The notes: generated from the letters alone by a model not told the origin. Numbered from the stretch's first letter, positions 18,938 to 29,378 are shown. The stretch: 64,000 bases of DNA from Candidatus Tayloriibacteriota bacterium (GCA_028286725.1 JAQBQZ010000014.1:5051-69050); one strand, 5' to 3'. Translations and numbers: made by a program.

Positions 18938-20002
18938 ATGAATAAAAATATCTCAGAAATTTTAAAAAAGGACTGGATTAAAAATTGGTCAGGCAATTGG
19001 AGCCTGTTGTTCGCATCTTTCTATGGAGATAACTATTCGAAGGGTTTAAAAACGCTTGTCGGTAAAGGTTTTGATAATAACTTAATTACTTCCGAGAATG
19101 GTGTCAGGTCAAATTATTTGCCACAAAACGAACTTGATAATCTGGGGCAACTATTTGCCGAACAAATTGCAAAAGAAGGTGTTGCAGAAGAATGGGCGAG
19201 ACTCGTTTTTGAAAGAACTGACAAAGTCATGGCACTTATTTCAAAAATGGATAAAAAGGATATTTTCGATAAAGAAGATTACTCTCTACTTCGAGACGCA
19301 TACGAAGAACACGTTCCACCGAATTTTGCTATTAAAAAAGTAGCCGACTATCTCTCGGCAGATTTGATGGAAAAGTACATGGAGCTTTTCAGTAAAGTCA
19401 GAGTATACACAGAGCCTGTGTATGGTGAGATCAGTCGAATGCTTGCGAAGGTAGTAGGATCTTTAACAAATATTTCTCCAGAACTAGTTTCGTTTATAAC
19501 AAAAAAAGAAATAGAAAAATTCCTGGATAAGGGTAAAATAATTTCGATTAAAGACCTGGAAGAAAGAAAAAAAGGCTGTGCTTTTTTATTTGATTCTAAC
19601 GGAGAAGTAACCTATTTGTCGCAAAGTGACTTGATAGAAATTAATGATACTCTGATCGGAAAGCGTGATGTGTTGGAAATAAAAGGCCAGATTGCTTATA
19701 AGGGTGTTGCAAAAGGAGTCGTAAGAATTATCTCTGATCCATTTAATTACAAAATCTTTAATGAAGGGGATGTGCTCGTCACAGGTATGACAAGACCTGA
19801 ATATTTGGCACTTATGCAAAAGTCTGGAGCTTTTGTTACAGATGCTGGAGGATTACTTTCTCATGCTGCAATTGTTGCTCGTGAACTCAAAAAACCTTGC
19901 ATAATTGGAACTAAAATTGCAACGAAAGTGTTGAAGGATGGTGACTTGGTGGAGGTTGATGCGGAGAAGGGGATTGTAACAATACTAAAGAAAGTAAAAT
20001 AA
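18938..20002 (+). CDS. PEP-utilising enzyme mobile-domain protein
   Basis: C-terminal TDAGGLLSHAAIVARELKKPCIIG. Confidence 0.85.
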   Translation: MNKNISEILKKDWIKNWSGNWSLLFASFYGDNYSKGLKTLVGKGFDNNLITSENGVRSNYLPQNELDNLGQLFAEQIAKEGVAEEWARLVFERTDKVMALISKMDKKDIFDKEDYSLLRDAYEEHVPPNFAIKKVADYLSADLMEKYMELFSKVRVYTEPVYGEISRMLAKVVGSLTNISPELVSFITKKEIEKFLDKGKIISIKDLEERKKGCAFLFDSNGEVTYLSQSDLIEINDTLIGKRDVLEIKGQIAYKGVAKGVVRIISDPFNYKIFNEGDVLVTGMTRPEYLALMQKSGAFVTDAGGLLSHAAIVARELKKPCIIGTKIATKVLKDGDLVEVDAEKGIVTILKKVK

Positions 20003-20047
20003 GACAGTTTGTTTGTATTTCATTTGGTGCTTCTGTATACTGTCTTT

Positions 20048-20503
20048 ATGACTTTTAAATCATTTGATATCGAACTTTTGCATATATGCCGAAGAGTTTC
20101 TGTGCCCCTTGCACGATTTGGACTTTTTGTTGTTTTTTTCTGGTTCGGGTTTTTGAAATTGTTTGGCCTCAGTCCTGCAAATCCTCTTGTTGAAGCCCTC
20201 TTGAATTCAGTGATGCCTTTTATGTCATTCGGTACGTTCATCATTTTCTTTGGAATGTTTGAATGTATTATTGGCATCCTTTTTCTTATCAAAGGATTGG
20301 AGCGAGTGGCGATTCTTATGCTTTTTGTTCACATGATAACGACTCTCATGCCTCTTTTTCTCTTGCCGCAGATCGCATGGAGCGGATTTATGATCCCGAC
20401 TCTCGAAGGTCAATACATGATCAAAAATATTCTGATCATTGCAGCAGGAATTGGTATTGCTGCGCATCTACATCCATTAAAAAAAGGTCACCACATTTGT
20501 TAA
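20048..20503 (+). CDS. DoxX/YkgB-like membrane protein
   Basis: FFWFGFLK and PTLEGQYMIKN. Confidence 0.8.
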   Translation: MTFKSFDIELLHICRRVSVPLARFGLFVVFFWFGFLKLFGLSPANPLVEALLNSVMPFMSFGTFIIFFGMFECIIGILFLIKGLERVAILMLFVHMITTLMPLFLLPQIAWSGFMIPTLEGQYMIKNILIIAAGIGIAAHLHPLKKGHHIC

Positions 20504-20522
20504 TTAAAATTTAAAATAAATA

Positions 20523-21143
20523 ATGCGAAAAACACTTATCATTACTGCCCATCCGAGTTCAAAAGGATTTACTCACTTGATCGCGGGTGTACTCAAAGAT
20601 GCTCGAACAGAGAAAGGTGGAACTGTGGAAATATTTGATCTCTACAAGACAGATCTCAAGCAGGATTTTCTCAAGTTTGAAGATCCGCGAGAGATGAAGA
20701 ATCCTGATCCCGTTCGAGATGCTATACAAGCCAAAATGGCATGGGCAGATGAGCTCATATTCATTCATCCTCTTTGGTGGCTCACAATGCCCGCTATTAT
20801 GAAGAATTTTTTGGATCATAATATCGCTTCACCTTTTGCTTTTCATTATGATAATGGCAAGAGAATTCCAGGACTTTGTGGCAGATCAGCACGTCTTTAT
20901 ATCACTTGCGACGGTCCGATACTCCTCTATATTTGTTTGGGATTACCGTTTATAATTAACTGGGTTATTGGAATATTCACTTTTTGTGGAATTTCGACCG
21001 ATTATTTCAAGATCATTCGAATGCTGCCAATGCGAGGGGATGATGTCAAAAGAAAGAAGGTGCTTGAGAAGATAAAAAAGAATTCATTTCGAAGATCTTT
21101 TTCACTCAAGGGACTTAATTTCTTGGGGAATATGTTTCAGTAG
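20523..21143 (+). CDS. NAD(P)H-dependent oxidoreductase, flavodoxin-like fold
   Basis: IITAHP and WADELIFIHPLWW..PAIMKNFLD. Confidence 0.88.
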   Translation: MRKTLIITAHPSSKGFTHLIAGVLKDARTEKGGTVEIFDLYKTDLKQDFLKFEDPREMKNPDPVRDAIQAKMAWADELIFIHPLWWLTMPAIMKNFLDHNIASPFAFHYDNGKRIPGLCGRSARLYITCDGPILLYICLGLPFIINWVIGIFTFCGISTDYFKIIRMLPMRGDDVKRKKVLEKIKKNSFRRSFSLKGLNFLGNMFQ

Positions 21144-21169
21144 AGAACTAATAAATAATAATAAATCAT

Positions 21170-21937
21170 ATGCTTAAAGGTTTTGAAATGGCACAAACGG
21201 AAAAAGGTCTCACTGATATGTTGAAAGACTATGATGAGGCTTTGGGTAATTTGCCAAATGAGGTGGATGCTGAATTAGCTGCGAGTGGTAGTGAAAATTG
21301 GCTTGGTTTATGGACAGAAAAATATCAGGCATTCTCGCTTCCGCTATCGACTTGGAATAAAGACTATCCAGGCCGGCTAAGTCAAGAAACGCTCAATAAT
21401 GTAACAGTGTTCAATGATGTAATCATGGCGGCTTTACGCAATGCTAACGAAAATAGCGATCGTGATTTGCTTGAAAGGGAGGTTAAAACTATGATTGGTT
21501 TGATACAAGGCGCTTTGCAGAAAGAAATTAGTAAAAGTGCGGAAGCGGAAAGTGTTGAAACGTTGCCAGCAAAAGAAAAGATTACTTTACCTGGAAATGG
21601 AATGGAAATAATTGCTAGTACCCGAAAGGCCATATCTGATTTTGAAAAAAGAGTAGAGGAAAAAAGACAATTGCATGAAAGTAAATATGCTCATTTATCT
21701 GCCGCTGAGAAAAGTGGAGATATGAAAAATAATATTTTTATGCCAATAACAGAAGGTTTGAATTTGATTTTACTTCTTTATAAAAATAATATTCCTGATG
21801 AAGTTGTCAAAAAAATACAACAGATGAAAGCGGACTTGGGGGCAAAAATTGCAGACTCTCGATCGTTTGATGAGTTAGAGCCAGAGTTAAAGCAGGAGCT
21901 TCAAAAGATCGAAACAGAATTGTCAGAAATATTCTAA
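21170..21937 (+). CDS. Hypothetical helical protein
   Basis: 255-aa ORF in operon-like context. Confidence 0.65.
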   Translation: MLKGFEMAQTEKGLTDMLKDYDEALGNLPNEVDAELAASGSENWLGLWTEKYQAFSLPLSTWNKDYPGRLSQETLNNVTVFNDVIMAALRNANENSDRDLLEREVKTMIGLIQGALQKEISKSAEAESVETLPAKEKITLPGNGMEIIASTRKAISDFEKRVEEKRQLHESKYAHLSAAEKSGDMKNNIFMPITEGLNLILLLYKNNIPDEVVKKIQQMKADLGAKIADSRSFDELEPELKQELQKIETELSEIF

Positions 21938-21942
21938 TAAAT

Positions 21943-22323
21943 ATGAAATCCGACGACGAAATCAAAAAAGAAAATCCTGAGCTATACAAAGTTGCGCGAG
22001 AAGGTGGAACTGAAGCGCCTTTTACGAGCGAACTTCTCAAAGTCAAAGATGATGGGAGTTTTGCATGTGCTGTTTGTGGACAGAAGCTTTTTATGTCTGA
22101 TGCCAAATTTGATTCTGGTACTGGCTGGCCGTCATTTGATAAAGCGATCGAGGGCAGTGTAAAAGAAATAATTGATGATTCTTTTGGCATGCATCGTACA
22201 GAAACTGTCTGCTCAAACTGCGGTTCCCACTTAGGTCATGTCTTTAATGATGGGCCGACCAATACTGGCAAAAGATACTGCATGAATGGAGTATGTCTTG
22301 AATTCAATAAAGAAGATAAATAA
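21943..22323 (+). CDS. msrB: Methionine-R-sulfoxide reductase
   Basis: GTEAPF, SGTGWPSF, HLGHVFNDGP and RYCMN. Confidence 0.96.
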   Translation: MKSDDEIKKENPELYKVAREGGTEAPFTSELLKVKDDGSFACAVCGQKLFMSDAKFDSGTGWPSFDKAIEGSVKEIIDDSFGMHRTETVCSNCGSHLGHVFNDGPTNTGKRYCMNGVCLEFNKEDK

Positions 22324-22324
22324 C

Positions 22325-22663
22325 ATGCTTACAATTCCTACAAAGGTTCCAGAGAATGGATTTTATTATCACTACAAGCATAATCCAGAAGGTGTCATAA
22401 ATGATTATGTTTATGAGGTGGTTGGAATTGGTCATCATACTGAAGATGATTGCAGACCAGAGGACACGCTCATGGTCGTCTATAGACCGATATATGAATC
22501 GACTGTCTATACAGCCGGTAAGCTTTTTGATCTTTGGCCACTCGAAATATGGATGGAAGATGTGACCAAAGACGGAAAAACTTTTCCTCGGTATCAAAAG
22601 ATAACGGATCCGAATACCATTCAAGAATTGAAATTGATTAGAGATAAAATGTATAATTCGTAA
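22325..22663 (+). CDS. DUF1653 family protein
   Basis: GFYYHYK..YEVVGIGHHTE..MVVYRPIY. Confidence 0.8.
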   Translation: MLTIPTKVPENGFYYHYKHNPEGVINDYVYEVVGIGHHTEDDCRPEDTLMVVYRPIYESTVYTAGKLFDLWPLEIWMEDVTKDGKTFPRYQKITDPNTIQELKLIRDKMYNS

Positions 22664-22664
22664 T

Positions 22665-23309
22665 ATGAAAATCACTAAATATGGACATTGCTGTCTGCTC
22701 GTAGAAGAAAAAGGAGTGAGGGTACTCACAGATCCTGGAAGCTATACGACTACTCAAAATGAGGTCAAGAATATTGATGTTGTGCTTATTACTCACGAGC
22801 ACGGAGATCATTTCCATATTGAATCAGTCAAAGAGATTCTGAAGAGCAATCCTGAGACTTTGATTGTGACTAATAATGCAGTCAACGAACTTCTAAAAAA
22901 AGAAAATATTTTAAATACAAAGATCGTGGAAGATGGAGAAAGTTTTGAATATAAAGGAATAAAGCTAAGTGGATATGGTAAGACTCATGCAATTATCTAT
23001 CAAGAATTCGGAAGTGTAGAAAATACTGGGTATATGATCGGAGAAAGACTCTACTATCCAGCTGATGCTTTTCATAATCCTCAGGTGCCAGTAGAAATCT
23101 TGGCATTACCTGTTGCTGGTCCTTGGATGAAGATATCTGAGGCGATTGATTTTGCACTCGAGATCAAGCCAAAAAAATACTTCGCAGTACATGATGGGGG
23201 ATTGAATGAAAGCGGGAGAGGGGTTGGAAATAGAGTTGTGCCTTCAATCTTGCAAAAACATGATATTGAATTTGTAAATCTTGAAATAAATACAGAAACA
23301 GAATTCTAA
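22665..23309 (+). CDS. MBL-fold metallo-hydrolase
   Basis: GHCCL, DPG and THEHGDH. Confidence 0.9.
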   Translation: MKITKYGHCCLLVEEKGVRVLTDPGSYTTTQNEVKNIDVVLITHEHGDHFHIESVKEILKSNPETLIVTNNAVNELLKKENILNTKIVEDGESFEYKGIKLSGYGKTHAIIYQEFGSVENTGYMIGERLYYPADAFHNPQVPVEILALPVAGPWMKISEAIDFALEIKPKKYFAVHDGGLNESGRGVGNRVVPSILQKHDIEFVNLEINTETEF

Positions 23310-23310
23310 T

Positions 23311-24117
23311 ATGTCTCGCATTGGTATCTTCGACTCAGGATTCGGAGGGCTTTCAATTCTAAAAGAAATTGTGAGAGTGCTTCCTGAGTATAGCTATATC
23401 TATCTCGGTGACACAGCTCGTGCACCATATGGGAATAGAAGCCAGGAAATAATCTACGAATTCACAAAAGAAGGAATCGAATTCCTTTTTCGAAACGGTT
23501 GTGATCTTGTGATCCTGGCTTGTAATACTGCATCTAGTGAAGCCCTTCGAAAGATTCAGCAAGAATTCCTGCCTAAGAAATATCCATACAAAAAAGTGCT
23601 CGGGGTTATAATCCCTGGTGCTGAGGAAGCGGTTTTGAAAACAAAGAACAAAAAGATCGGAGTACTCGCAACAGAGGCAACTGTTTCATCGGGCGCATTC
23701 AAAAGAGAAATACAAAAATTGAATAAAAGTATAAAAGTGTTTGAGGTAGCAGCACCGATGCTCGTACCACTTGTTGAAGCGGGGGAGGACAAAAGTGAGA
23801 GTGCAAAAATACTTATTAGACAATATGTAATTGATGTGTGTCGACATAGTATCGATACGCTTGTCCTCGGCTGTACGCATTATGGAATACTTGAAAGTGA
23901 AATTAAAAAAACTTCGAAAGGTATAACTATTTTGTCAGAAGGAAAGATCGTCGCAAAGAAACTCAAAGAGTATCTGGAACGACATGATGAAATAAAGAAA
24001 AAACTCACAAAGAAAAAAAGTATTCAGTTCTACACGACGGATTCAAAAGATAAATTTGATCGATTAGGAAGTCGATTCTTTGGGGAGAAAATAAGTTCTA
24101 AAAAAGTAGATTTATAA
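23311..24117 (+). CDS. murI: Glutamate racemase
   Basis: IFDSGFGGL, ACNTAS and LGCTHY. Confidence 0.96.
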   Translation: MSRIGIFDSGFGGLSILKEIVRVLPEYSYIYLGDTARAPYGNRSQEIIYEFTKEGIEFLFRNGCDLVILACNTASSEALRKIQQEFLPKKYPYKKVLGVIIPGAEEAVLKTKNKKIGVLATEATVSSGAFKREIQKLNKSIKVFEVAAPMLVPLVEAGEDKSESAKILIRQYVIDVCRHSIDTLVLGCTHYGILESEIKKTSKGITILSEGKIVAKKLKEYLERHDEIKKKLTKKKSIQFYTTDSKDKFDRLGSRFFGEKISSKKVDL

Positions 24118-24119
24118 GG

Positions 24120-24159
24120 AATGGATTCATTTCTGACGGCCGTCAGAAATGAATCCATT
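24120..24159. repeat. Perfect 40-bp palindrome
   Basis: AATGGATTCATTTCTGACGG|CCGTCAGAAATGAATCCATT. Confidence 0.9.
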
Positions 24160-24231
24160 TATCAGATCGGTAAGAAAACATTGGACCATATTGAATCGTT
24201 GAATTAATCCAATTTTTGTGGTATAAATTGG

Positions 24232-24826
24232 CAGCGCTGGATAGCTACTGTATATGTAAATATATAGAGGAAAGTCCGAACACGGGCTGAGTATCACACT
24301 CTGTGTGATACGTATTTAAACATTTAAATATTTAAATTCGTATCGCGCGCAGCGTGATACTCGGGCGGGTAGTGGGTAATTCCCATCATTAGGAGGTATC
24401 CTATAGAGGTGCGAGCAGAGACGCTCAAAGCGAAATGCTGAGAGTGCCCTGGAAGAGTTCATTCATAATCTAATGTCGAGATAGAATTCCAAAATTTTGT
24501 GCGAAAACCAGGAATTTAGACGAATCATATCGGTGATATGGTAAGGAGAAATTACTGAGTTTGCAGCCAAAATTTTGGAATTCTATACGGCAAGCATTGT
24601 TTTGAATTTAAGTTTGCGTTTAGATTATGAATGAACTCTTTAGGGTAAGTTTTGTGGCAACACAAAAGTGAAACGGCAAAACCCTTACTTCCGTGCAAGA
24701 CCGTACCCGTGCATCGCACTTCGTGCGATGCACGGGGGTGTCGCTTGATTCGTTTGGTAACAAACAGAACAGATAAATTGCTATCGTTGCCGCAAGGCAG
24801 GCACAGAATTCGGCTTATAGGCGCTA
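24232..24826 (+). ncRNA. rnpB: RNase P RNA (about 595 nt, with large insertions)
   Basis: GAGGAAAGTCCGAACAC, GTGCGAGCAGAGACG, GTGAAACGGC, AGATAAATTGCTATC and ACAGAATTCGGCTTATAG; the P1 and P2 ends pair. Confidence 0.92.
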
Positions 24827-24830
24827 TACA

Positions 24831-24860
24831 AAACACTTCAGGCAACTGAGGTGTTTTTTT
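24831..24860 (+). terminator. Intrinsic terminator of rnpB
   Basis: AAACACTTCAG-GCAA-CTGAGGTGTTT followed by a T-tract. Confidence 0.8.
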
Positions 24861-24980
24861 AATCCCGCACTCAATTTTCCAAAGAAAAAATGAGTGCGGG
24901 ATTTGTTTTTGTTGTGATATAATTAGTTCAAATTTAATTTGCGCGAAGAATTTCTTTACAAAATATTTTTAATAATTTAT

Positions 24981-27128
24981 ATGGCAGAAAAAATAAAATC
25001 AATAAAAGTGCATGCGGTCGAAAAGGTAGAAGAGGAAACGGTGATTCCACAGGTGAAAGAAAAAAAGAAATTTAATTTTGAGAATCTTTCGTTTTGGACG
25101 ATTGGAGCTGTGGTATTTTTGATGCCGATTTTTTTTCTCCCTGTCTCAATAATAGGATCTTCTCAGGCAAAGCTTACACTCCTTGCACTAGGCACGCTTT
25201 TGGCATTTTGCTTTTTGCTTATAGACAGAATGAAGAAAGGGGTTGTGACTTTAACTCTCAATCCTATTTATATTACAGCAAGCATACTTTCTGTTGTTTA
25301 TTTTGTTTCTAGCTGGGTGGGCATTTCTCAATATAAATCTCTCATTGGCAGTATGACGGAACAAGATACATTCATTACGATATTTATTGGATTTCTTTTT
25401 ATGTTTCTTTTGTCTCGCCTCGCTAAGACTTCAAAGAAGATATTTACAATCCTCTCTCTTCTTTTTGGTTCTATTGTGGTTGCGATGTTTTTCCAGATTG
25501 CTCGAATTATTGTTGGCAATCCTCTGTCGCTTAGCGTTCTTACTTCGCCATCAATAACTCTCGTAGGAAGCTGGGGTGATATTACAATACTCTCACTTTT
25601 ACTCCTCGCATCACTGGTGATTATTCTTGAAACAGTCAAACTCAAAAGATGGGTTGCATTGTCTTTAGGACTGCTTCTCATTGTTCCGTTTTTGTTTGTA
25701 GTGCTTTCTGGACTTTCTTTTGACTTTTATTTCTTCGGCATCGGCTTACTTCTTCTTATTGCTATTGCATCTATTGTTATCTTTGCGTATCTTTTCTCTC
25801 TCAGACGCAGTCATAAGGCTATCGAGAATGCAGAGGAGGTTGTCATAAAAAAGAAATCAAAAGTATCCGCATCACTTGTTCTGCTCCTCATTTCTATTTT
25901 GCTTGTACTCTTTGGTACGCAGGTTAATTCGTATCTTTCAAAGATTACCGGTGTGACATATGTAGAAGGACGACCAAATTGGCAGGCAACACTTGATGTA
26001 TCATCAAAAGTTCTCGCACAAAAGCCATTCTTTGGATCAGGGCCGAATACATTTGATGTTGAGTGGGATCTCAATCGCGCTCAAGAAGTCAACAATTATA
26101 TTTTCTGGAATAACGAATATAACTTCGGTGTAGGATTTGTACCGACATCACTTACGACCGTGGGAATTGTGGGATTCCTTTTCTGGCTTCTGTTTTATAT
26201 TTTTGTTTTGATCTTGGCATCGAAGACATTGTTCGGACTTGGCAAAAGAGAAGAGGGGACAATCATGAGTATTATCATTTCTGTAGGTGCTATATTGTCA
26301 TCTCTTGTTCTCATGTTCTACGCGCCAGGAATAGTCGTCGTGTTTGTAAACGGCGTATTAATCGCACTTCTTGTAGCACTCAATGCAGGAAGCTTCAAAG
26401 TTCGGAATATTAATTTCCACGGAAAACAGTGGCACAATTTTGTTTCAACTATCGGATTCGTGATTCTTCTTATTGTCACTATTTATGTTATGTATATTGT
26501 GGCATTCAAGGCTCTTGCGAATGCGTACTACAGAGCTGCAATCCTCAGCAGTGATGTTGACTCAGCGCTTGGACTTATTCAGAAATCTGTAATTTTGGAT
26601 CCGACACAGTCTCTCTATTACCAGACAGAAGCTCAAGTGTATGCGGCAAAAGTTTCTTCGGCTCTATCCCTTTCTGATGCTGACCTTGCAAACAAAAAAG
26701 ATGAGATCAACAAGAGTATCGTAAGCGCGGTAAACGCTTCTGTTTATGCAGAAGGGGTTAATCCTACGGACTACAAAGCAAAGGTGATGACTGGAAAGAT
26801 TCTTGAATTCTTTGGGTCTATTGGGCTCAAGGATGCAAGTCAGGGTGCGATTCAGAAATATATTGCAGCAAGTGCTCAGGCTCCGACAAATCCACTCCCA
26901 CTTTTGTTTGCTGCTAATGTCGCACTCAATATAAATAACAAGCCTCTCGCTAAAGATTATTTAACTCGAGCTATCACACTCAAGTCTGATTACACTGATG
27001 TTCCAGAATTAGGTAAGGAAATCCAAGGTCTCGTGGATCAGCTCAATAAAGCGTCTGCTCCTGTAGTAGTTCCTGCGGCAACAAGTACATCCGCGATCAA
27101 AGAAAAGGTGAAGGAGAAAGCTAAATAA
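24981..27128 (+). CDS. O-antigen ligase-like polytopic membrane protein with C-terminal TPR-like repeats
   Basis: Many TM segments, PFFGSGPNTF, and a helical-repeat C-terminus. Confidence 0.7.
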   Translation: MAEKIKSIKVHAVEKVEEETVIPQVKEKKKFNFENLSFWTIGAVVFLMPIFFLPVSIIGSSQAKLTLLALGTLLAFCFLLIDRMKKGVVTLTLNPIYITASILSVVYFVSSWVGISQYKSLIGSMTEQDTFITIFIGFLFMFLLSRLAKTSKKIFTILSLLFGSIVVAMFFQIARIIVGNPLSLSVLTSPSITLVGSWGDITILSLLLLASLVIILETVKLKRWVALSLGLLLIVPFLFVVLSGLSFDFYFFGIGLLLLIAIASIVIFAYLFSLRRSHKAIENAEEVVIKKKSKVSASLVLLLISILLVLFGTQVNSYLSKITGVTYVEGRPNWQATLDVSSKVLAQKPFFGSGPNTFDVEWDLNRAQEVNNYIFWNNEYNFGVGFVPTSLTTVGIVGFLFWLLFYIFVLILASKTLFGLGKREEGTIMSIIISVGAILSSLVLMFYAPGIVVVFVNGVLIALLVALNAGSFKVRNINFHGKQWHNFVSTIGFVILLIVTIYVMYIVAFKALANAYYRAAILSSDVDSALGLIQKSVILDPTQSLYYQTEAQVYAAKVSSALSLSDADLANKKDEINKSIVSAVNASVYAEGVNPTDYKAKVMTGKILEFFGSIGLKDASQGAIQKYIAASAQAPTNPLPLLFAANVALNINNKPLAKDYLTRAITLKSDYTDVPELGKEIQGLVDQLNKASAPVVVPAATSTSAIKEKVKEKAK

Positions 27129-27142
27129 AAGCCTTAAGAAAA

Positions 27143-28819
27143 ATGGTAAAAAAACTTTTCAAGGTATTTGGCGGAGCAACCGATAGTATTCATGAAGCCG
27201 CATACCTTTTGGGTTTTTTTGCGCTCCTTTCACAATTTTTAGGACTTTTCCGAGACAGACTCTTGGCCCACTATTTTGGTGCGGGAGCAATGCTTGATGT
27301 GTATTATGCATCATTTCGTATTCCAGATCTTATATTTGCAACTGTCGCATCGCTCGTTTCTGCGTCGGTTATTATTCCGTTCCTTCAAGAAAAGATGAAT
27401 GAGGGAGAAGGAAAGGCGAAGCAATTCATTGATGAAATGTGGAGCGCATTTTTTGTACTCATAATGGCTGTATCTGTTATTGCATTCTTCGCGATGCCTA
27501 TGCTTGTAAAGCTACTCTTTAGTACAATGCCTCTCGGGTCACAATTAAATGTCATCGCTCTTTCTCGAATCTTGCTTCTGTCACCAATATTCCTTGGGCT
27601 TTCAAATTTTCTTTCAAGTATTGTTCAGTCTCACAAAAGATTTGCGCTCTATGCACTTTCTCCAGTTCTCTATAACGTTGCGATCATTCTGGGACTTATT
27701 GTTCTCTTTCCTATTTTTGGTATTGAAGGTGTTGTAGTGGGGGTAGTGCTTGGATCAATTCTCCATGCGCTGATTCAGATTCCATTTGCACGTTCGGTAC
27801 TTTTATTTCCAGATCTTATTTTTCCAATTGTCTGGTCTCGTTTAAAATCTGTTGCGGTGATTTCGCTTCCACGAACGCTCACTTTGGCGTTTGTAAACAT
27901 TGTGCTCATTATCCTTGTATCGCTCGCATCTCGAATGGCCGAAGGGTCTATTTCAATATTTACCTTTGCATACAATCTCCAGTCGGTGCCAATGACTATT
28001 ATTGGAGTCAGTTATTCAATGGCGGCATTTCCGACGCTTTCAAAACTTTTTGTGAGTGGTGATAAGAAAGAATTCGTTCGTCATGTGTCTGTTGCTTTAC
28101 GACATATTATATTTCTTTCGCTTCCGATAATGGCGCTCTTTATTATCGTACGTGCGCAGATTGTCCGAACTATATTTGGTACAGGTGCATTCTCGTGGAG
28201 TGATACGCGCCTCACCGCTGCATGCTTTGCACTCTTTTCTATTTCAGCTGTTGCGCAGAGCGCAAACCTGCTTTTTGTTCGCGCCTACTATGCATCGGGA
28301 AAAACGAAGATTCCACTCATTATTTCTGGCGTTTCATCTCTTCTGACAGTTGTTGCTTCTTATTCTGTTTATAAATTATTTTTTGCCTGGCCATATCTTA
28401 AAGATATTATAACGATTGTATTTAAAGTGAGTGATGTTCCAGGAACAGAGATCTTGGCGCTACCTATTGGATTTACAATTGGAAGTCTGATCGGGCTTAT
28501 TCTTTTTGTAATTTATTTTGACCGACACTATAAGGGTTTTATTTTAAGTATTAAAGAAACATTTTTTCAAAGTGCTGTTGCGTCGATACTCCTTGGCATC
28601 TCAGCATACTTTGTTCTTGGCGGATCTTCATATGTGCTCGAGACTAAAACTTTGGCTGGAATCTTTAGTCAGGGATTTGTTGCTGGAATGGTAGGACTCA
28701 TTGTGTGGTTCATTACACTCAAACTCTTGGGCAATAAAGAAATAGATGAAATGGTTAAAAGTATAAAAGGCAAGGTGTGGAAGGTTGCAGTTGTAGCTCC
28801 AGAGAAGGAGGAAATATAA
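27143..28819 (+). CDS. murJ: Lipid II flippase
   Basis: GLFRDRLLAHYFGAG..LDVYYASFRIPD. Confidence 0.92.
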   Translation: MVKKLFKVFGGATDSIHEAAYLLGFFALLSQFLGLFRDRLLAHYFGAGAMLDVYYASFRIPDLIFATVASLVSASVIIPFLQEKMNEGEGKAKQFIDEMWSAFFVLIMAVSVIAFFAMPMLVKLLFSTMPLGSQLNVIALSRILLLSPIFLGLSNFLSSIVQSHKRFALYALSPVLYNVAIILGLIVLFPIFGIEGVVVGVVLGSILHALIQIPFARSVLLFPDLIFPIVWSRLKSVAVISLPRTLTLAFVNIVLIILVSLASRMAEGSISIFTFAYNLQSVPMTIIGVSYSMAAFPTLSKLFVSGDKKEFVRHVSVALRHIIFLSLPIMALFIIVRAQIVRTIFGTGAFSWSDTRLTAACFALFSISAVAQSANLLFVRAYYASGKTKIPLIISGVSSLLTVVASYSVYKLFFAWPYLKDIITIVFKVSDVPGTEILALPIGFTIGSLIGLILFVIYFDRHYKGFILSIKETFFQSAVASILLGISAYFVLGGSSYVLETKTLAGIFSQGFVAGMVGLIVWFITLKLLGNKEIDEMVKSIKGKVWKVAVVAPEKEEI

Positions 28820-28883
28820 AAGTATTCAAATTTAAATAAAAACACCCTGACTCGGAAGAGTAGGGGTGCGACGTGTGAAGCGA

Positions 28884-29189
28884 TCAAGGATTTTGCTGAG
28901 GTTTTTGCTTTCTGATTGTGAGAAACTTCCCAAGCTTATCCTCACGATATACTACTTTAATTTTCTCGTCTTCGGCCACTATATCGGTGCGACCATTCAT
29001 GTCTTCAAGGATGCTATACACAACAAAGTCTCCCGGACTTTTCTTTAGCTTCTGAATAAGCTCTATTTTTTGTTGAGCGGTGTAGGTGTGGGTGATATCA
29101 TCACCTTGATCCATGCAAGGACCAATAATGCAAAGGAAGGTTGCGGCGATTGAGGCAATAACGATTAGGAAAGTGCGATCAGGTTTCAT
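28884..29189 (-). CDS. Orphan exported or membrane-anchored protein
   Basis: N-terminal hydrophobic segment; its own promoter (29287-29315) and terminator hairpin (about 28840-28870). Confidence 0.6.
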   Translation of the reverse strand: MKPDRTFLIVIASIAATFLCIIGPCMDQGDDITHTYTAQQKIELIQKLKKSPGDFVVYSILEDMNGRTDIVAEDEKIKVVYREDKLGKFLTIRKQKPQQNP

Positions 29190-29378
29190 GGGGTTTTGTT
29201 TGGTTATGGAATCAAGACAATAATTTATTTATGATCTAAATTCCATAACCAATCCTTGATTTAAAAGAGCTGACAATTCGTTTATGATAATGCAACTTTT
29301 GTATCAAAAAGTCAATAATTACAGTTTATGTTCAGTAAACATCTTTATACTCTCCGCTTCTTCTGCTATACTCACTAA

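Noticed and set aside
24552-24849. ORFs 24552..24845 (-) and 24652..24849 (+)
   Set aside because: They lie inside the RNase P RNA and are spurious.
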